The position numbers were made by a program, and so were the translations under genes. From the NCBI RefSeq assembly GCF_009914755.1, contig NC_060938.1: a DNA stretch of 64,000 nt; one strand, given 5' to 3'. The notes beneath the pieces were generated by a model that saw only the letters and a list, made by a program, of their open reading frames with translations, had not been told where the DNA came from and did not search any database. This DNA is from the human T2T-CHM13v2.0 reference genome, Homo sapiens. Below, in pieces: positions 43,701 through 58,695 of the stretch; positions within the stretch are counted from its first letter, which is position 1, and the number at the start of each line of letters is the position of its first letter.

Positions 43701-44101
43701 TTAGTGGGGGTGGCCTCAGGCAAGTCACTTAACACTTCTGAATCTCCTTTGTAGAAAAAAGGAAATAGAATAGAATCGTCTAGGAAGAGTTGTTTTTAGG
43801 ATTTAAGATTACCAACTATGTGAGATACGTGTATACATGTACACATTTCCCTTAGGAACAAGAGTTCTGGATTTGCTGGTTCAGTGTGGAGACTTTATAG
43901 ACATACTGCCACAAATAACAATAGTTGACTGTATGTTGAATCTTTTGAGATATATATAAATCTGGAATGAACCAAGATAAACGATTAATAATGTTGTAAC
44001 TGGCAATGAAAAAAAGAAGCAAAAAAAAAAAAATTCTGAAGGATAGAATAAGGCAAGACTAAACTGAAAAATTTTAGTGAATCATCAGAGCCAGTTCTTA
44101 C

Positions 44102-44200
44102 CAGGAGGAGCAGCAGGAGAGAACTCTGCTGATGGTGATCTAGGGAGGGTCTCGGGATCTGCAGCCTGGTGGACAATTTCTTGGAGGTGAATCACAGAAT
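44102..44200 (-). CDS. ZFYVE26: Spastizin exon 27
   Basis: (D)SVIHLQEIVHQAADPETLPRSPSAEFSPAAPP, 99 nt. Confidence 0.94.
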
Positions 44201-44945
44201 CTGTAGAGAGGGAAAATGCTGACAAAATATGGTTCTACCATAAGTATCTTGATTCACCACCCTAGGCATTTAGAACAAAGCTCTGTTGGCTTCTCTGATT
44301 GTCATTCCATGACTCTACTAGGTATTAAGAGAATGGAGGAGGTACCTCTAAGCCCATAGCACGCATGTTTCTTAAACGCCTCGAAAAACAAACCATGTTT
44401 AGGCATGTGAGATAATGAAATGGACACTAGGATTCTACAAAATAAATCAAAAAATGCCCAGAGGGAAGTGGAAGACGTTGAAATGATGCCCCTGGAGAGT
44501 AGGGAGTAAGAAAAAAGAGCTGGCTGGGAACATCAGTCCATACTTATTTCAGTTTCTTCAATGTAGAAGAGGCTGAGTCAGCTCACATACAAGTGATATC
44601 CGATGTGATCCTGGGAATAAGGCATACTCTCAATACCAAATGATGGCACTGAAGAGCCCACTATATCAAGGCCAGACAGAGACCATTTCCAGCATATTTT
44701 GCTTTCCAAACCTTTATGTTATTATGTGCATGCAGTGGTTATCTACCACCTTTTAATTCTGGTCATTATTCTACTTCCTCCAAGACCAAGATCTCTCCTA
44801 TATAATAAAGAGATAGCTCTTCTGAAGTGTATTCATTCACTCTAGATCAACCCAAAATATTAAAAGGGGAGCAAATTAAAACTAAGAATGCAGCATGGCA
44901 TTTCTTCCTCCATGTAGAATCCCCTTCTAGGATGCTAGCAGTTAC

Positions 44946-45192
44946 CTGATCGTTTCTCCCTCTGAGGGTATGGAAAGTCCAGGGCTTTCTCTGCGTATCT
45001 GGAAAGCAGTGAGTCCACCTCGTCCATAGTGAAGCCAATCTCCTGTCCAACCAGCAGCTGCTGGAGAGTCTGCACAGCCACAGTGGCCCAATCCACCTTC
45101 ATGTTCATAAGCAGCTGCTCCAGCATGAACAGGGGGTTAGAGGACAAGTGGGAATAGCTGGCCCGGTGCTGCTCAGGCAGGGTCAGCAGAAT
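44946..45192 (-). CDS. ZFYVE26: Spastizin exon 26
   Basis: ILLTLPEQHRASYSHL...YPQREKRS, 247 nt. Confidence 0.95.
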
Positions 45193-45403
45193 CTGTTTGT
45201 GGGGTAGATCCATAGAGTAAAGAAAATAGTACACAAATTTCAGAAAAAACTCAAGATTCTCACTGGAAAGGGGAAGGGTGCATGAGAACAAAAGGTGCAT
45301 AGCCAGCTACTGAAACAGACTCGCAGTCTTTTAGGAAGGCTGAGCTCCCCACTAAATTCTGCAGATGGTAATTGAGAAGTACTCCAAGTACCTTCACCAG
45401 ATG

Positions 45404-45620
45404 AGGGGTTAGTAAACTTTTCCTATAAAGGATCAGAGAGTAAATATTTCAGGCTTCATGGTCCATAATGTCTGTCTCAAACATTCAGCTCTGCACATGT
45501 ACCTTGAAAGCAGCCATAGGTAAAATGATAGTTGCACGTGTGTTCCAATAACACTTGCTTTACAAATGCAGGCTGGGGACTGGATTTGGCCCACAGGTGG
45601 TAGCCTGCTCACGCCTGGCC
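45404..45620. mobile_element. MER58A-like hAT element
   Basis: aggggttagtaaactttt...ggatttggcccacaggtggtagcctgctcacgcctg. Confidence 0.7.
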
Positions 45621-46592
45621 TGGACCCTCCAGGTATGATTGAGGTCTCCCTGACCCTTAATGCCACCATTCTGTTTATTTGAGGCTTTACTCAGAATGAG
45701 AAATACAAGGTAGTGTCAGTAGTCTAATGAAACCTGGCACCTCCTATGTCCTACAGGTAAACGATGAATCTAAGTTCTCCTTAGAAGTCACGATCACTAG
45801 GCTTGAAATATGTTCACTGACCCTGTTCACTGCCAGTTTTCAAGGGTTCCCCTACTCAGCTACAGCACATTGGGTGTATCTTCTTAAGGAACATGTTATG
45901 TAGTTCAACTCTTAGTAAGTGGGCCAGTGGTTATATTTATGGCTCTCTTAGCACTCATTCTATTTGTGGGGTAGTATATAGGACTGCCAGGCAGAATAAT
46001 TAGAAGAATGCCAGAGGGCCCTAGCTCTCTTCAAACTCTGCTTCACTGGATTACTTTTTCTAGCTGGAGGTTTCTTCTATTAATGTCTCCAAAGTTATAC
46101 ATCAAAGGTAAGAACTTATCTCATCTAATTACATAGACAACTAACCCTCTTCCACTAGCACAGACAAGTTTATCAAGCAGTCGTTTTAAATCCTTACATC
46201 AGAAGCCCTTTGGAAGATGTCCAGTCCCTATCCCAAGACCAGTTTTACTTGATCTGGGGTAGAGGTGAATAACCTGGTATTTTTTTCTTAAGTCCAGGTG
46301 ATTCTAATATATTGTCAGCATTGAGAAGCATTGATACAGCAGATACCATGGAAACCATAAAGGCAACTTAAGAGGACCAGGTAGAATTCCCTATGGAGGC
46401 AGGACAGGAAGAGAATGACAAGTCCTAGGAGACTCAACTAGGATACAGAGGGCTTCTAGGGTAAAGATTTCATATAGCACAGGCCAGGGATGGCAGGTGC
46501 CTGGCAAAAGAGCCATTGAAAAGGCAAGTTCTGAAGAAGAGCTAGGCTCGCAGTCTCTCCCTCAGGTATGTCTTCCCAACACCTCCTTTTCC

Positions 46593-46681
46593 TCCTTACC
46601 TTGGATCCCACATACAGCGCCTGGATTTCACGGTGTATCCTTACCTTGGATCCCACATACAGCGCCTGGATTTCACGGTGT
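46593..46681. repeat. Perfect tandem duplication (2 x 44 bp, period 45) spanning the exon 25 donor
   Basis: tccttaccttggatcccacatacagcgcctggatttcacggtgt at 46593-46636 and 46638-46681. Confidence 0.98.
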
Positions 46682-46821
46682 CGGACAGCAGTCAGTTGTC
46701 CATAGAAGTGGGTGGTGAGGTAGTTGGCCAAGAAGTGAGAAGTGGCCAAGCTAGTGTGCTGGTCGAGGGATTGCTCTGTCACTTCAAGGCACATGGTGGG
46801 GTCAGGGATTCTTCGCAGGAG
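46645..46821 (-). CDS. ZFYVE26: Spastizin exon 25 (proximal donor)
   Basis: LLRRIPDPTMCLEV...EIQALYVGSK, 177 nt; a second identical donor lies 45 nt further on. Confidence 0.93.
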
Positions 46822-47211
46822 CTATTGTCAAAGGGTAGAGGAGGAAGGTGTGGCCTGCAGAAGAGCTCTTAGACCAGCTTTGTTTTGTTTGAGAATAGAA
46901 TATTTAGGTTTACTCATTTTGGACTAACCCTTTCTCTATACTCCTTTTTTTTTTTAACCACCTCTGTAGTTTCCCAAATGCCATGGCTTTGACAGGACCA
47001 GAATTCAGCAGAATTCTGGACCCAGCCGCCCCATCTGGCACCTAATGCAAGGCTAGGCCCCTTCTGCTCAAGATGACTATAACCAGCTCCTGAAAGATCA
47101 GAAGAGGCATAGCTGAGATTGCATGGGATTCAACATGAAAATAAAGCCATCTGATTTGACTAAACTTCTTGTCCCACCCCAGAAGAAAAATGGAAAGAAC
47201 TGGGGGCTTAC

Positions 47212-47334
47212 TTGCAGAGCCTTGTCATGATCTCTTCTTTCTAGAAGGTGGAGAAGATGCTTTTGATGAAGGCTGATTAAATGTTCTCTTGGAATGGGGT
47301 ACAGGCAGCCCCACTCTTCACACAGTTCATACTC
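47212..47334 (-). CDS. ZFYVE26: Spastizin exon 24
   Basis: EYELCEEWGCLYP...HDKALQ, 123 nt. Confidence 0.95.
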
Positions 47335-48366
47335 CTGGAAGGAAACACACATGCCTTCAACCCCTTTACATGACTGCCTGATTCTTCTCAGCAGTCTTGA
47401 GTCTACAAAGCCCCAGGAATGTTTATAAGTGCTGATGGGAACTTCACTATGATGAAAATGATTGAAGCAGGCTTACTGTTCATATCACTTTCCTCTTAGC
47501 ACTACCATAAAAAAAAGCAGATGACATGTGGCAACAGACACTTGGTGTCAACCCTGGGAAGATTCTAAGGAAGTGGGAAAGACTGAAAAGACTGTTTAAA
47601 GGACATAGTCACCCATGCTATAAGAATGGGCAGGCCCAATGTTGTCAGACTTTAAAGTTACAAAACTTTTTTAAAATCATAAAATTTCTGTATTTTAAAA
47701 TTTTGGCAATAAAGTCAATATGAAAAAATAAAAATTCTGTAGACCAATACTACAAAGGCCAAATAAACATGTTGGTGGTTGGATTCTACCCATGTTCCCC
47801 CTCACTACCCCCCAACCCCAATTTGTGAACTGTAGATGAAGTTTGAGAGAATAGAATTCCTAGGGCTTTGTTCAAATATTCCCACATGGTGGTGTCTGGA
47901 ATGTCCTCCCCACAACCCTGCCTAGGACTGCCTTCTTCAGGATGCTTCCTTGTTTCTCAGGCTATGTTAGGTGCCCTGCCTGTGCTCCCACAATCTGAGC
48001 TTACTTCTGTCATTTGTATATTATGTTGCAGTCACCTAGGGATGCATCTTACATCACCCTCTCTCCAGAATGTGAGCCACTCCAGGGCAAGGACAGCTTA
48101 ATAATTTTTGTTTCACCACCATCTACCACAGTGATTGGCAAATAATAGGCATGCAATAAGTACTTCCTGAATGAACGAACATTTCAATGAGCATCTACAC
48201 AGTCAGCTTCTTAAAAGGTAGACAAAATCCTACTTACCACTCAGAAATCTAATAAACACATGAACAGATATTCAAATTTATTAGTTATCATGTAAATTAA
48301 AACAACAATGAGATACCATCTTATTGCAAACAATGAAAAGTTGGACAATATAAAAAGGTAACAAGG

Positions 48367-48781
<415 letters not shown>

Positions 48782-48877
48782 TCATGACCAATGACCCAGC
48801 AATTCCACTTCGAGAAATACATTCTGTACCTAACGTACACAATGTAGAAAATCTCAGGTATGAACACAGGATGATAA

Positions 48878-49200
<323 letters not shown>

Positions 49201-49326
49201 AGAATGTGGTATAGTTATTTTTTAAAAAAGTGAACATTGATATGTAGAAAGGGGCTTATACAGCCAGCTAAGGGGTTGTAACTCTGAAAGGAGGATGAAG
49301 GGGAACACCACCCAGGAAAACGGTAC

Positions 49327-49431
49327 CTGTGCTTCTAGAATCATGTTCATGACAGTTGATGGGTCCTCAACACAACAGCTCCTCAAGGTCTGCCAGTCAC
49401 ACCACACTGGGGGAGACTGCAAACCCAGAAT
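49327..49431 (-). CDS. ZFYVE26: Spastizin exon 23
   Basis: ILGLQSPPVWCDWQ...MILEAQ, 105 nt. Confidence 0.95.
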
Positions 49432-50418
49432 CTAAGGAAAGACAAGAAAATCCGTCAAACCACACTGCAGCTTCTCCCTCCATGAACAAGTCACTGGGCA
49501 TGTCCACAGATGGGCCATCCCTAGATCTCTGCCCCAAAGTCAGGCTGTCAGAACTTGCCAGAAAAGAGAGCAAATTGGGCAAAGATTATTTAGAGAGCAG
49601 AGTGAACCTATCCAGGAAGAACAAGCAGGGAGTGAAGGCTGAATATGGAGGCCAGGACTGGGGCCTTTCACTAGTGAAGACAGTGCTCTCATGCTTCCCA
49701 GATTGTTCTGGGGTCACCTGTCCCATGCTCCTCTACCCCAAACTCCACCCAAGATATTCTTCTGGCTTGAATGCTCTGTGGGATCACCTTTCATACAACA
49801 TTTTAGCTCTGCATGAAAACTGCCAAGGAAGAATAAAAAGAAACCTTTTTTCACCTGTCATTTTCACTACCCCTGGTAGGGTTTCTGGACTCTGTCTGCT
49901 CCAAGGATATGTTGGAAAATTAGCATCTATTTTATACTTGTTATGTAGCCGTGCTTCCTAAATTTGTCTCCCTAAGCCTCTTGAGCTTGAACATAACAAA
50001 TATCCCACAAGAATCTTTTAGTTTTGAAATTGTCACCTTCATATATCTTTTCAAAATAGCTCTTGAAATGTTGCTGAAATTTAAAACAAACTTTATAGAA
50101 GACACAATATACAAAAATATACACAAAGCTCAAAAAGACATGTGAAAAAGCCTTTTTGGACTGTAATACACCATTCCAATGTTAATTTTGTTATTTTTAC
50201 CCTCACTTCATGCAAATGTATTTAAAATTATAGGAATAAGTAACACAGCAACCAGCTAGGAGGCCTCCCTGCTGTTCACCTAAGAACTGAAGCCAGATGC
50301 AAAGCAAAACCCAGACCTATATTTTCTCTTTCTTAAAGTCCCCCATCATATAAGATAGGTTGGGGTTGATCATAGAGTGAGAAGCCCGTTCCCTTTCTCT
50401 TGATGCGAGGGCCCATAC

Positions 50419-50615
50419 CTTCTGATACACCTGCAGCTCCGCCAGCTTCCTCTGTAGCTCACACTTTAGTCCTTCTTGGACAGCCGTGTCTGAAATGCAG
50501 TAGGCCAGAATCTCCAGGCATGACTCCAGGGGCCACCTGTCCACAAACTGTAGGGCCAGCCGACTTCTCAGAGATGCATCCTTCACGGGAAACAGGTATT
50601 GCCAACCTTCTTTGT
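50419..50615 (-). CDS. ZFYVE26: Spastizin exon 22
   Basis: (D)KEGWQYLFPVKD...ELQVYQK, 197 nt. Confidence 0.95.
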
Positions 50616-51865
50616 CTATAAGACAAAAAAGATGCTCAGAGGCAGCAAGTGTGGGACCAGAAGAGTTCAAGAGTCCAGGTTACTTCTTGAGAAAGGGCTT
50701 TCTTCAATCTCGTAAAAGAGGAGCTTGGAGGATCCTTAAGATGGATGTGATCTTAACTAGTTTTTACACTTGGAACCATTATATGACAAGGAAAATGCTG
50801 TATCTCTACCCTATGTGTATCTTTAGGTAAACCTGATAATAGCCATGAGACTTTCAGAAGGAAGAGAGGGAAAAGAGAAAGGAAGGAAGGAATGAAGGAA
50901 GGACAGAAGAGATGAAGCTCTCCATGTTTTGGCATGCTGAACATATAGGACTGTTTCAGACTCACCTTGTCAGTGAAACTTTCCTTTTCCCTGTAATTTC
51001 CACCCTGTGCCATACATAACCACTTGAAAGTTATTCCAGGTAGACTAGTTTCACTCCCTGACTTAGATCTCTCTCTTCCACACCCATTTCACAGATCTGA
51101 TCTTGGAGATACAAAAAACAGACTCCAAGCAATTAAGAACACACAGCCAGTCAGTGGATTTCTCCACCTTTTCAAGGATGGATTTTCTCCTTTCCAAAGG
51201 GAGCCAAGCCTCCTACCCAAAAGTCATTCCCTACATCACACCCAACTCTTGTTGCAACACTGCTAGGAAATCCTAGTAGTGTTACAGCTCATTGGCTTTC
51301 CACTCTGGTTACATGTCAGAATTTCCTGGGGAGCTTTCAAAGCAGTGGTCATCAAACAGACCCACAATCTGCTTTTATAATACAGTTTTATTAGACTGTA
51401 GTCATGCTCATTTCTTTATATATTGACTCTGGCTGCTTTCATGCTGTACTGGAGGGGCTGGGTAGTTACGAGTGAGACTGTGGCTTACAAAGTCCTTTAT
51501 AGAAAAAATGTGCTGATCCCTATTTTAAAGTAAACACTTGCCTGAGCTCTATCCTGGGCCTCTGGGGAAGGGACCCAAACATTTGTAGTCTGTAGAATTT
51601 CACAAGAATTGTGATATACAGTATTGAGAATACTGGTTATGCGTGGCTGTTTAAAGTCAGATGGACTTGGGTTCTAAGCTCTACTCTACCACTTACCACC
51701 CTGGGCAAGTTTCCTAACCCCTCTGAGACCTGGTCTCCTCTTAATAACATGAGATTATAGTGGGGCTTCTCTCTAGAGTTACCGTGAGGATTAAATGTGA
51801 TAATATACCCAGTGAATACCAAATATTACCACTAGTGAAAAAGGGAGGCATAGCATTCTGCTCAC

Positions 51866-52611
51866 CACATGCCACAGCACAGCTCAGGACTGCATCCTTT
51901 ATGCTGCTCAAATCGTCCACATCTCGCCCGTACACTTCAGTGAGCTGAAGGGCCCGGGACCAATCTCTGGCCACCAAGGATTCCTCAAAAGCCTCACTCA
52001 GTACATCTAGGGCAATGGGAGAATGTAGGCCCAGGAGAACGGTAGAAAGACTGGCCCAACCACAGAGATTCACTGCCAGACTCTGCCCCTGCTGCAAAGA
52101 CCCTCGCAGGGGCTCCCAGGCAGCCAGGAGGAAGGCCTCAAACAGAGGGAATTGTTCCAGAAGGCGCTCACACTCCCGGGCTACCTGCTCTGCAGCCAGA
52201 GGCACCTCCCTGCGGCCACGAAGTTCCTTCCATGACAAGCTGGGTTTGCTGACCTTTAACCTCGGGGAAGCCCCCAGGCAGGCCACCGTAGCTAGGAGCT
52301 TTGAGCGTGACTTAAGAAAGGCCAAGGCAGAGGAGGTGAGGGCTGGGAGTGATGAGTCCCTTGGGGAGGAGTAGGGCTTTCTTTCCAATGTAGGGTTCTC
52401 AGTTGTCCTCGGGGAGCTCGGTGTAGAAAGTGGGAGGTCATCCAGGCAGTGAGAGGCGTGTAGCTGGGCCAGAGTACCCAGACGAGTCAGGAGGGAGGAG
52501 GTCTGCTGGCTTTGCCGGGATGAGCAAAGAGCAAGGGGCTCACAGCAGCAGCTGACGATGACCTGTGGCACACTTAGGCTGAGATTCTCTTGGGCCAGAA
52601 GGGCTGCCAGT
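51866..52611 (-). CDS. ZFYVE26: Spastizin exon 21 (746 nt)
   Basis: (R)LAALLAQENLSL...AVLSCAVAC; lies inside ORF 51741-52640. Confidence 0.96.
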
Positions 52612-53419
52612 CTGGAAGGAGAGAAGCAGAAAGCATACAAGGCCTGAATACACAGGCACCATTAACCAGTCTTACAATTTCTTTATGCTTACATGAGCAA
52701 ATGTAAATAAAAGTTCCTAATTGTCACACTCTTTTTTTAAAACACAAAAAGTAGCCTATTAGACATATCGCTCTGCCCTTTATGTTTTCACGAACACTTC
52801 TGCGAGATCTATCCATATCCCTCTACAGAGAGGACCCTCTTTAGTTTTTGCAGTTACATAGTATTCCATTATATAGATGAACCATAACTAGGCTCCTGTT
52901 AGTGGACAATGAATTTTCTGATCTCTTGGTACTATATACAAGATTGCAATGAAATGATTTTGCATATAAATCATTTATGTATAATAAAGCCGTAGGATAA
53001 ATTATCCAAAATGGTTTGCTAAATCAAAGGGCATATGAATTTGCAATTTTAATAAATATTGACAAACTGCCTTCCGACAGAGGCTGTACAAATTTATGTC
53101 CCACTTGCATTCTCTGAGAATGCTGTTTTCCTACAGTCTAATCAACTATCATGTTATTGAATTTTTAGATTTTTGCCTATTTATAAAGTGCAGAGTCACC
53201 CACTGATTTCATACTTAACAATATACATGCTAAAGGTATCGAGAGAGAAAGCAGGAAACAAGGCACATTAAATTTTCAGTTATATAAGAATAAAAAATTC
53301 AGTCAGGAAGAAATCCCCACTCTCTGTGCTAACCCCAAGCACCACCGCACTGAGCCCTTGGCTATATTGATGAAATCATCCGAAGGCCCATGGCTGACTT
53401 GCATGGAGGTGGCTCCTAC

Positions 53420-53522
53420 CTCTCTGGGGGAACTTGTCTCTCAAACAGGAGATGTGACACCAGTTGGGAAGAGCTCTGTTGCAGCAGAACAAAGGGATTT
53501 CCTACCTTGACCTCCACATGAT
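53420..53522 (-). CDS. ZFYVE26: Spastizin exon 20
   Basis: (D)HVEVKVGNPFVLLQ...QVPPE(R), 103 nt. Confidence 0.95.
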
Positions 53523-54144
53523 CTGCAAAGGTAAAGAACATGATCTTTGTTTGCACCACTGACTGCAAGAGTTCAGAGCCCTGTTTCCCAGAATTGAGAA
53601 AAAAGTACAGTGTCAAGATGAAGACAATATGGAGAGCCTTCTGTTAATTCATTCTAGGTAAAGGGTATTCTCAACATGAACCTGACCACAAGTTTTATCT
53701 ATATCTTACCACTGCTCTAAAGACTTCCAACCCCAGACGAACTTCAGTGGGCAGATCTAGCCACGGACAGCCAACTCCTGCTCTCTTCAACCCGACTGAA
53801 GTGCATGTAGTACTCACTCTGTGGACTTAAGAATCTGGTACTCATATCAGAGACTTGATTCCTCTGCTGGGTGCTCAAATTCACAATGGACCACAGGTCT
53901 GACAGAGATATTTTTGAGTCGCTAATTCCAAGAAAATTAATTGAGTACTCCCATGTGCTATACAGCTATACTAGCACAAAGATGAGTAAAATAGCCAGAG
54001 ATGAATAAGAGAGGACAACCTTATAAATCTAGTGTTCTTGGCTACTGCTGTATCCAGAGCCTTTCAATTGTGCATCTTTTCTCTTCCTTGCCCTGAACAC
54101 TTGCAGGTCTGCCATGAATCTATTGCCTCTTTCTTGCTACCTAC

Positions 54145-54363
54145 CAGGCTCAGAGCTCAAACTTTGAAGGAGAACTGCAGCAAGGGTGCTGCAGTAACTG
54201 AAGAAGGTGCCCAAGTAGTCCATCTGCCTGCTGCCTGATGGGGTCTGTTTGCCCAGGTTCTTCTGGAGGAGCTGAGTCTGGATCTGCACAGGGTGGGCCT
54301 CTGCCTCTGGAGCTTTCTGGGCTGCCTGCTCCACCAGGGAAGACAGTGGAGGAGTCCTGGGCT
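54145..54363 (-). CDS. ZFYVE26: Spastizin exon 19
   Basis: (E)PRTPPLSSLVEQ...QSLSSEP, 219 nt. Confidence 0.95.
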
Positions 54364-54943
54364 CTGAGAGGAGGATGGCAGGAGAAAGGACACAGGCTTC
54401 AGTCTGTGAGTCCAGCTTTGGGTCAATTTCTGACTGGATATGTGAACTGTGCCCCCTATACACTGCCTGGGGCATCTGATGGCCTGGACACTACACTTAC
54501 AAGGCAAATATAAAATCCTAAGTCAGTCACTTGGACAAGTGATTCCCAGCCAGGGAAAGCTTTGAGTCTGGAGTGTATAAAATTACTCTGGTGTGTATAG
54601 TTCTATTTTTATCCTTGTCTCTGGGGTGGAACAACTTTATGAAGAACACAGCAATCTTTTGGGGAAGGGTTCATCAATATTTACTAAGCACCTGCTGGCT
54701 GTATTTCTTATTCATCATGAGAAAATGTATCAGCTGATGGAGTGTTCACCATTCTTTCAATTGAGAGGTGGGAAAACAGGTGAAGTTAAGTTACGAGACA
54801 TTGAGACATGCCCTGGCTAACTAAAGGGCTGATAGATCCCAGTTCTGGAGTCCCAAGCCTCTGCTCCAAAGTGCTTCGTTACTCTCAGCTGTTTCCTCTC
54901 CCCAGTTCAGCTTTTATTTGTTCCCAAGCAGACAGCCTTATAC

Positions 54944-55108
54944 CTGGCAGCTCTAGTGCCTCTCTCAGTGACTGAAGGACCTGATCTAGCTGCTGGGAGA
55001 GGGTGGTGTGGCTGGCAACACAGTCCTCGCTTAGGCTGGGCCAGCACATCTGAAGCAGTTCAGTGATGCTGCACCGTGGAGGGCCTCCTCCCTTTTCTTC
55101 CACACTCT
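54944..55108 (-). CDS. ZFYVE26: Spastizin exon 18
   Basis: (E)SVEEKGGGPPRCSITE...EALELP, 165 nt. Confidence 0.95.
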
Positions 55109-55199
55109 CTATGGAAAGCAAATGAGAAAGAAAAAGTAAAGTCTGTTGCTGACCTAATGTTCCAAGTCCAGGAGAAGAAAAGAGAAAAAAGCAACTCAC

Positions 55200-55319
55200 C
55201 TGATTTGGTTTGACTGGCTGACATAAGCAGATAATTGAGACTCTTACTGATTTGCTGAAGAACAACTGGAAAACCTCGAATGCCATCAGCATTTAGGAGT
55301 ACGTGGTCTATCCGTCGAC
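55200..55319 (-). CDS. ZFYVE26: Spastizin exon 17
   Basis: (G)RRIDHVLLNADGIRGF...SASQTKS, 120 nt; followed by a 91-nt intron. Confidence 0.95.
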
Positions 55320-55814
55320 CTGGAAATAGATGAAGGAAGAGGGAATGCAAAAAAAAAAAAAAAAAAAAAATTGAAGTGTTTTCAGAGATTGACACTCAGT
55401 CCTGTATTTACCTGTGAAATTTTATCCTCTCCAATATTAAGGAGGAAATACATGCTGTGCCATTTTGGGTGACAACCAGTATACTTGGCTTATTTCATGC
55501 CTGAGATTCTAGGACTGACTCTGGCAAGATGCCTCAGCTGTCAACAACATCAGCAGATTCAGAATCTCTGGCACTCCTATGGAATTGTTGTCCCAAGCCA
55601 AATAGATTTGCCTTGGTACTGCCTTCAGTTGTACTCAACTTGAGCGGAGATCATATGTCTTCTTTAATTGCTTTAACTGGTATCTTGACACTCCAACTAG
55701 ACTATGAACAACTTTATGGACACAGATTATTCCTTACATCTCTCCTATACTCCCATATGCTCAGGATAATCTGGAAACACAGTAGTCACTAAATTAATTC
55801 CTAAATCAGTATAT

Positions 55815-56705
55815 TGAAGAGATATTTGCACTCCCATGTTTCTTGCAGCACTCTTCACAATAGCCAAGATTTTGAAGCAACCTCAGTGTCCATCAGTGGA
55901 TGAATGGATAAAGAAAATGTGATACATATACACAATGGAGTACTATACAGTTATGGAAAAGAATGAGATCCAATCATTAGCAACAACTTGGATAGAACTG
56001 AAGATCATTATGTTAAGTGAAATAAGCCAGGCACAGAAAGACAAACACCACATGTTCTCACTTATGTGTGGGATCCAAAAATCAAAATAACTGAATTCAT
56101 GGAGATAGAGAATAGAAGGATGGTTACCAGAGGCTGGGAAGGTAGTAAGGGGTGGGGGAAGATGGAGATGGTTAATGAGTATAAAAAATAGTTAGAGGCC
56201 GGGTGTGGTGGCTCACACCTGTAATCCCAGCACTTTGGGAGGCTGAGGTGGGTGGATGGTGAAACCCCTTCTCTACTAAAGATACAAAAATTAGCTGGGC
56301 GTGGTGGCACACACCTGTCATTCTAGCTACTGCGGGGTTGTGGGGGAGGGCTGAGACAGGAGAATCACCTGAACCCAGGAGTCAAAGGCTGCAGTGAGCC
56401 GAGATGGCGCCACTGCACTCCAGCCTGGGTGACAGAGTGAGACTCTGTCTCAGAAAAAAAAAAAGTTAGAAACAAGGAATAAGGCCTAGTATTTAATAGC
56501 ATAACATGGGGGCTACAGTGAATAATAATTCAATTGCACATTTAACAATAACTAAAAGAGTCTAACTAGCTTGTTTGTAACACAAAGGATAAATGCTTGA
56601 GGGGATGGATACTCAATTTTCCATGATGTGATTGTTAAGTATTGTGTGCCTGTACCAAAAAATCTCATATACTCCATAAATACATACACCGACTATGCAC
56701 CCACA
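55815..56705 (+). mobile_element. L1MA 3' end interrupted by an Alu (56197-56463)
   Basis: gatatttgcactcccatgttt...aaggataaatgcttgaggggatggatac; aaatagttaga/aaagttaga flanks of the Alu. Confidence 0.85.
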
Positions 56706-56927
56706 CACACACACAAATTCCTCATTGATTGACCTGAAACTGTTTCAGTGATTAAGAGCTTGAATAATATTTTATTTTAGGATATAAGTATTAGATGAGG
56801 GGAAGAGCAGATCACTGGACACAAACAGCATTGTATAAGCCACTGTGTACTTTCTTTGAAGGACTATAGGGACTATGTAAACATTAAAGGACATTTTAAC
56901 CAACAGCTCAGAGGTGATTTGGAGGGG

Positions 56928-57811
<884 letters not shown>

Positions 57812-58431
57812 TGGGGCTACTCATATCATAACCTATTCACCACTCCTCCCTCTATATTACTAAGGCAGAACAGGTTCCTTTCTCCTCCACTGCTCAGTCC
57901 TTCCAATGTTTGGTGCAAGTAGCAAGGACAGGTGTGGGGAGTAGAACGTTGCCTAATTCTACCTTCATATACTGATGCCTTCACATACCTGATTTCTCTA
58001 AGAATTCTGTATGCACATTCTGCACTGTTACTCACCTCAAGGTATGATCATCCCTCCAACTGTGACTCATTAAGTTTTCCCTTACACCTGGCTTACAAAT
58101 TCAAGATGGTCTCAGGTTTTAGGTTAAGTGAAGTTCACCAAGGAGAAAGGCATGGAGTCTTAAGGCTCGAATTCCATTGATACCATTTTAAAATGTATAT
58201 TTCTTCTTTGAATTCACCTATAATTCAATAAAGAATTTCCCCAAATTGCTATGTCTATTTTGTCTCTCAACAGACTGTATTTATGCCATCAGATTGTATG
58301 TGACAAAATTTCATAATCCATTCACCATCTGCCTCCTCCAATAACTGCTTTCTTCCTGGACAATTTATCAAGACTCTCAGAAACCCATCTCATTTGAGAA
58401 TGAAGGGATACAGCTAACACAGCACACTCAC

Positions 58432-58695
58432 CCCGCCTTTCAAGGCTACTATTCAAACGCCGTTCGGCTGTCTCCAAAAGCTGCTTGCAGGTTTTCCAGA
58501 GCTGGCACTGAGAGCAAGCTAGGTCAAATGCAGCCATGGCAGGGGGACTGAGGTCTTCCAGAACCTCTCTCAGGGGAGCAGTGGGCTCCACTAGAGCCGT
58601 GCTTATCCAAAAGTCCTCCTGGAGCATGGGGATGGGGTCTCCAGAGGTGTTGAGCAGCTTGTCAGTCACGTCAGAGATAGAGTAAAACACCATTC
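58432..58695 (-). CDS. ZFYVE26: Spastizin exon 16
   Basis: (G)MVFYSISDVTDKLL...NSSLERR, 264 nt. Confidence 0.95.

Noticed and set aside
49356-49961. 201-aa + strand ORF
   Set aside because: Antisense to exon 23 and intron 22; no recognisable homology
55109-55199. 91-nt intron 17 as a possible in-frame retained intron
   Set aside because: Length is not a multiple of 3 and both splice sites are canonical
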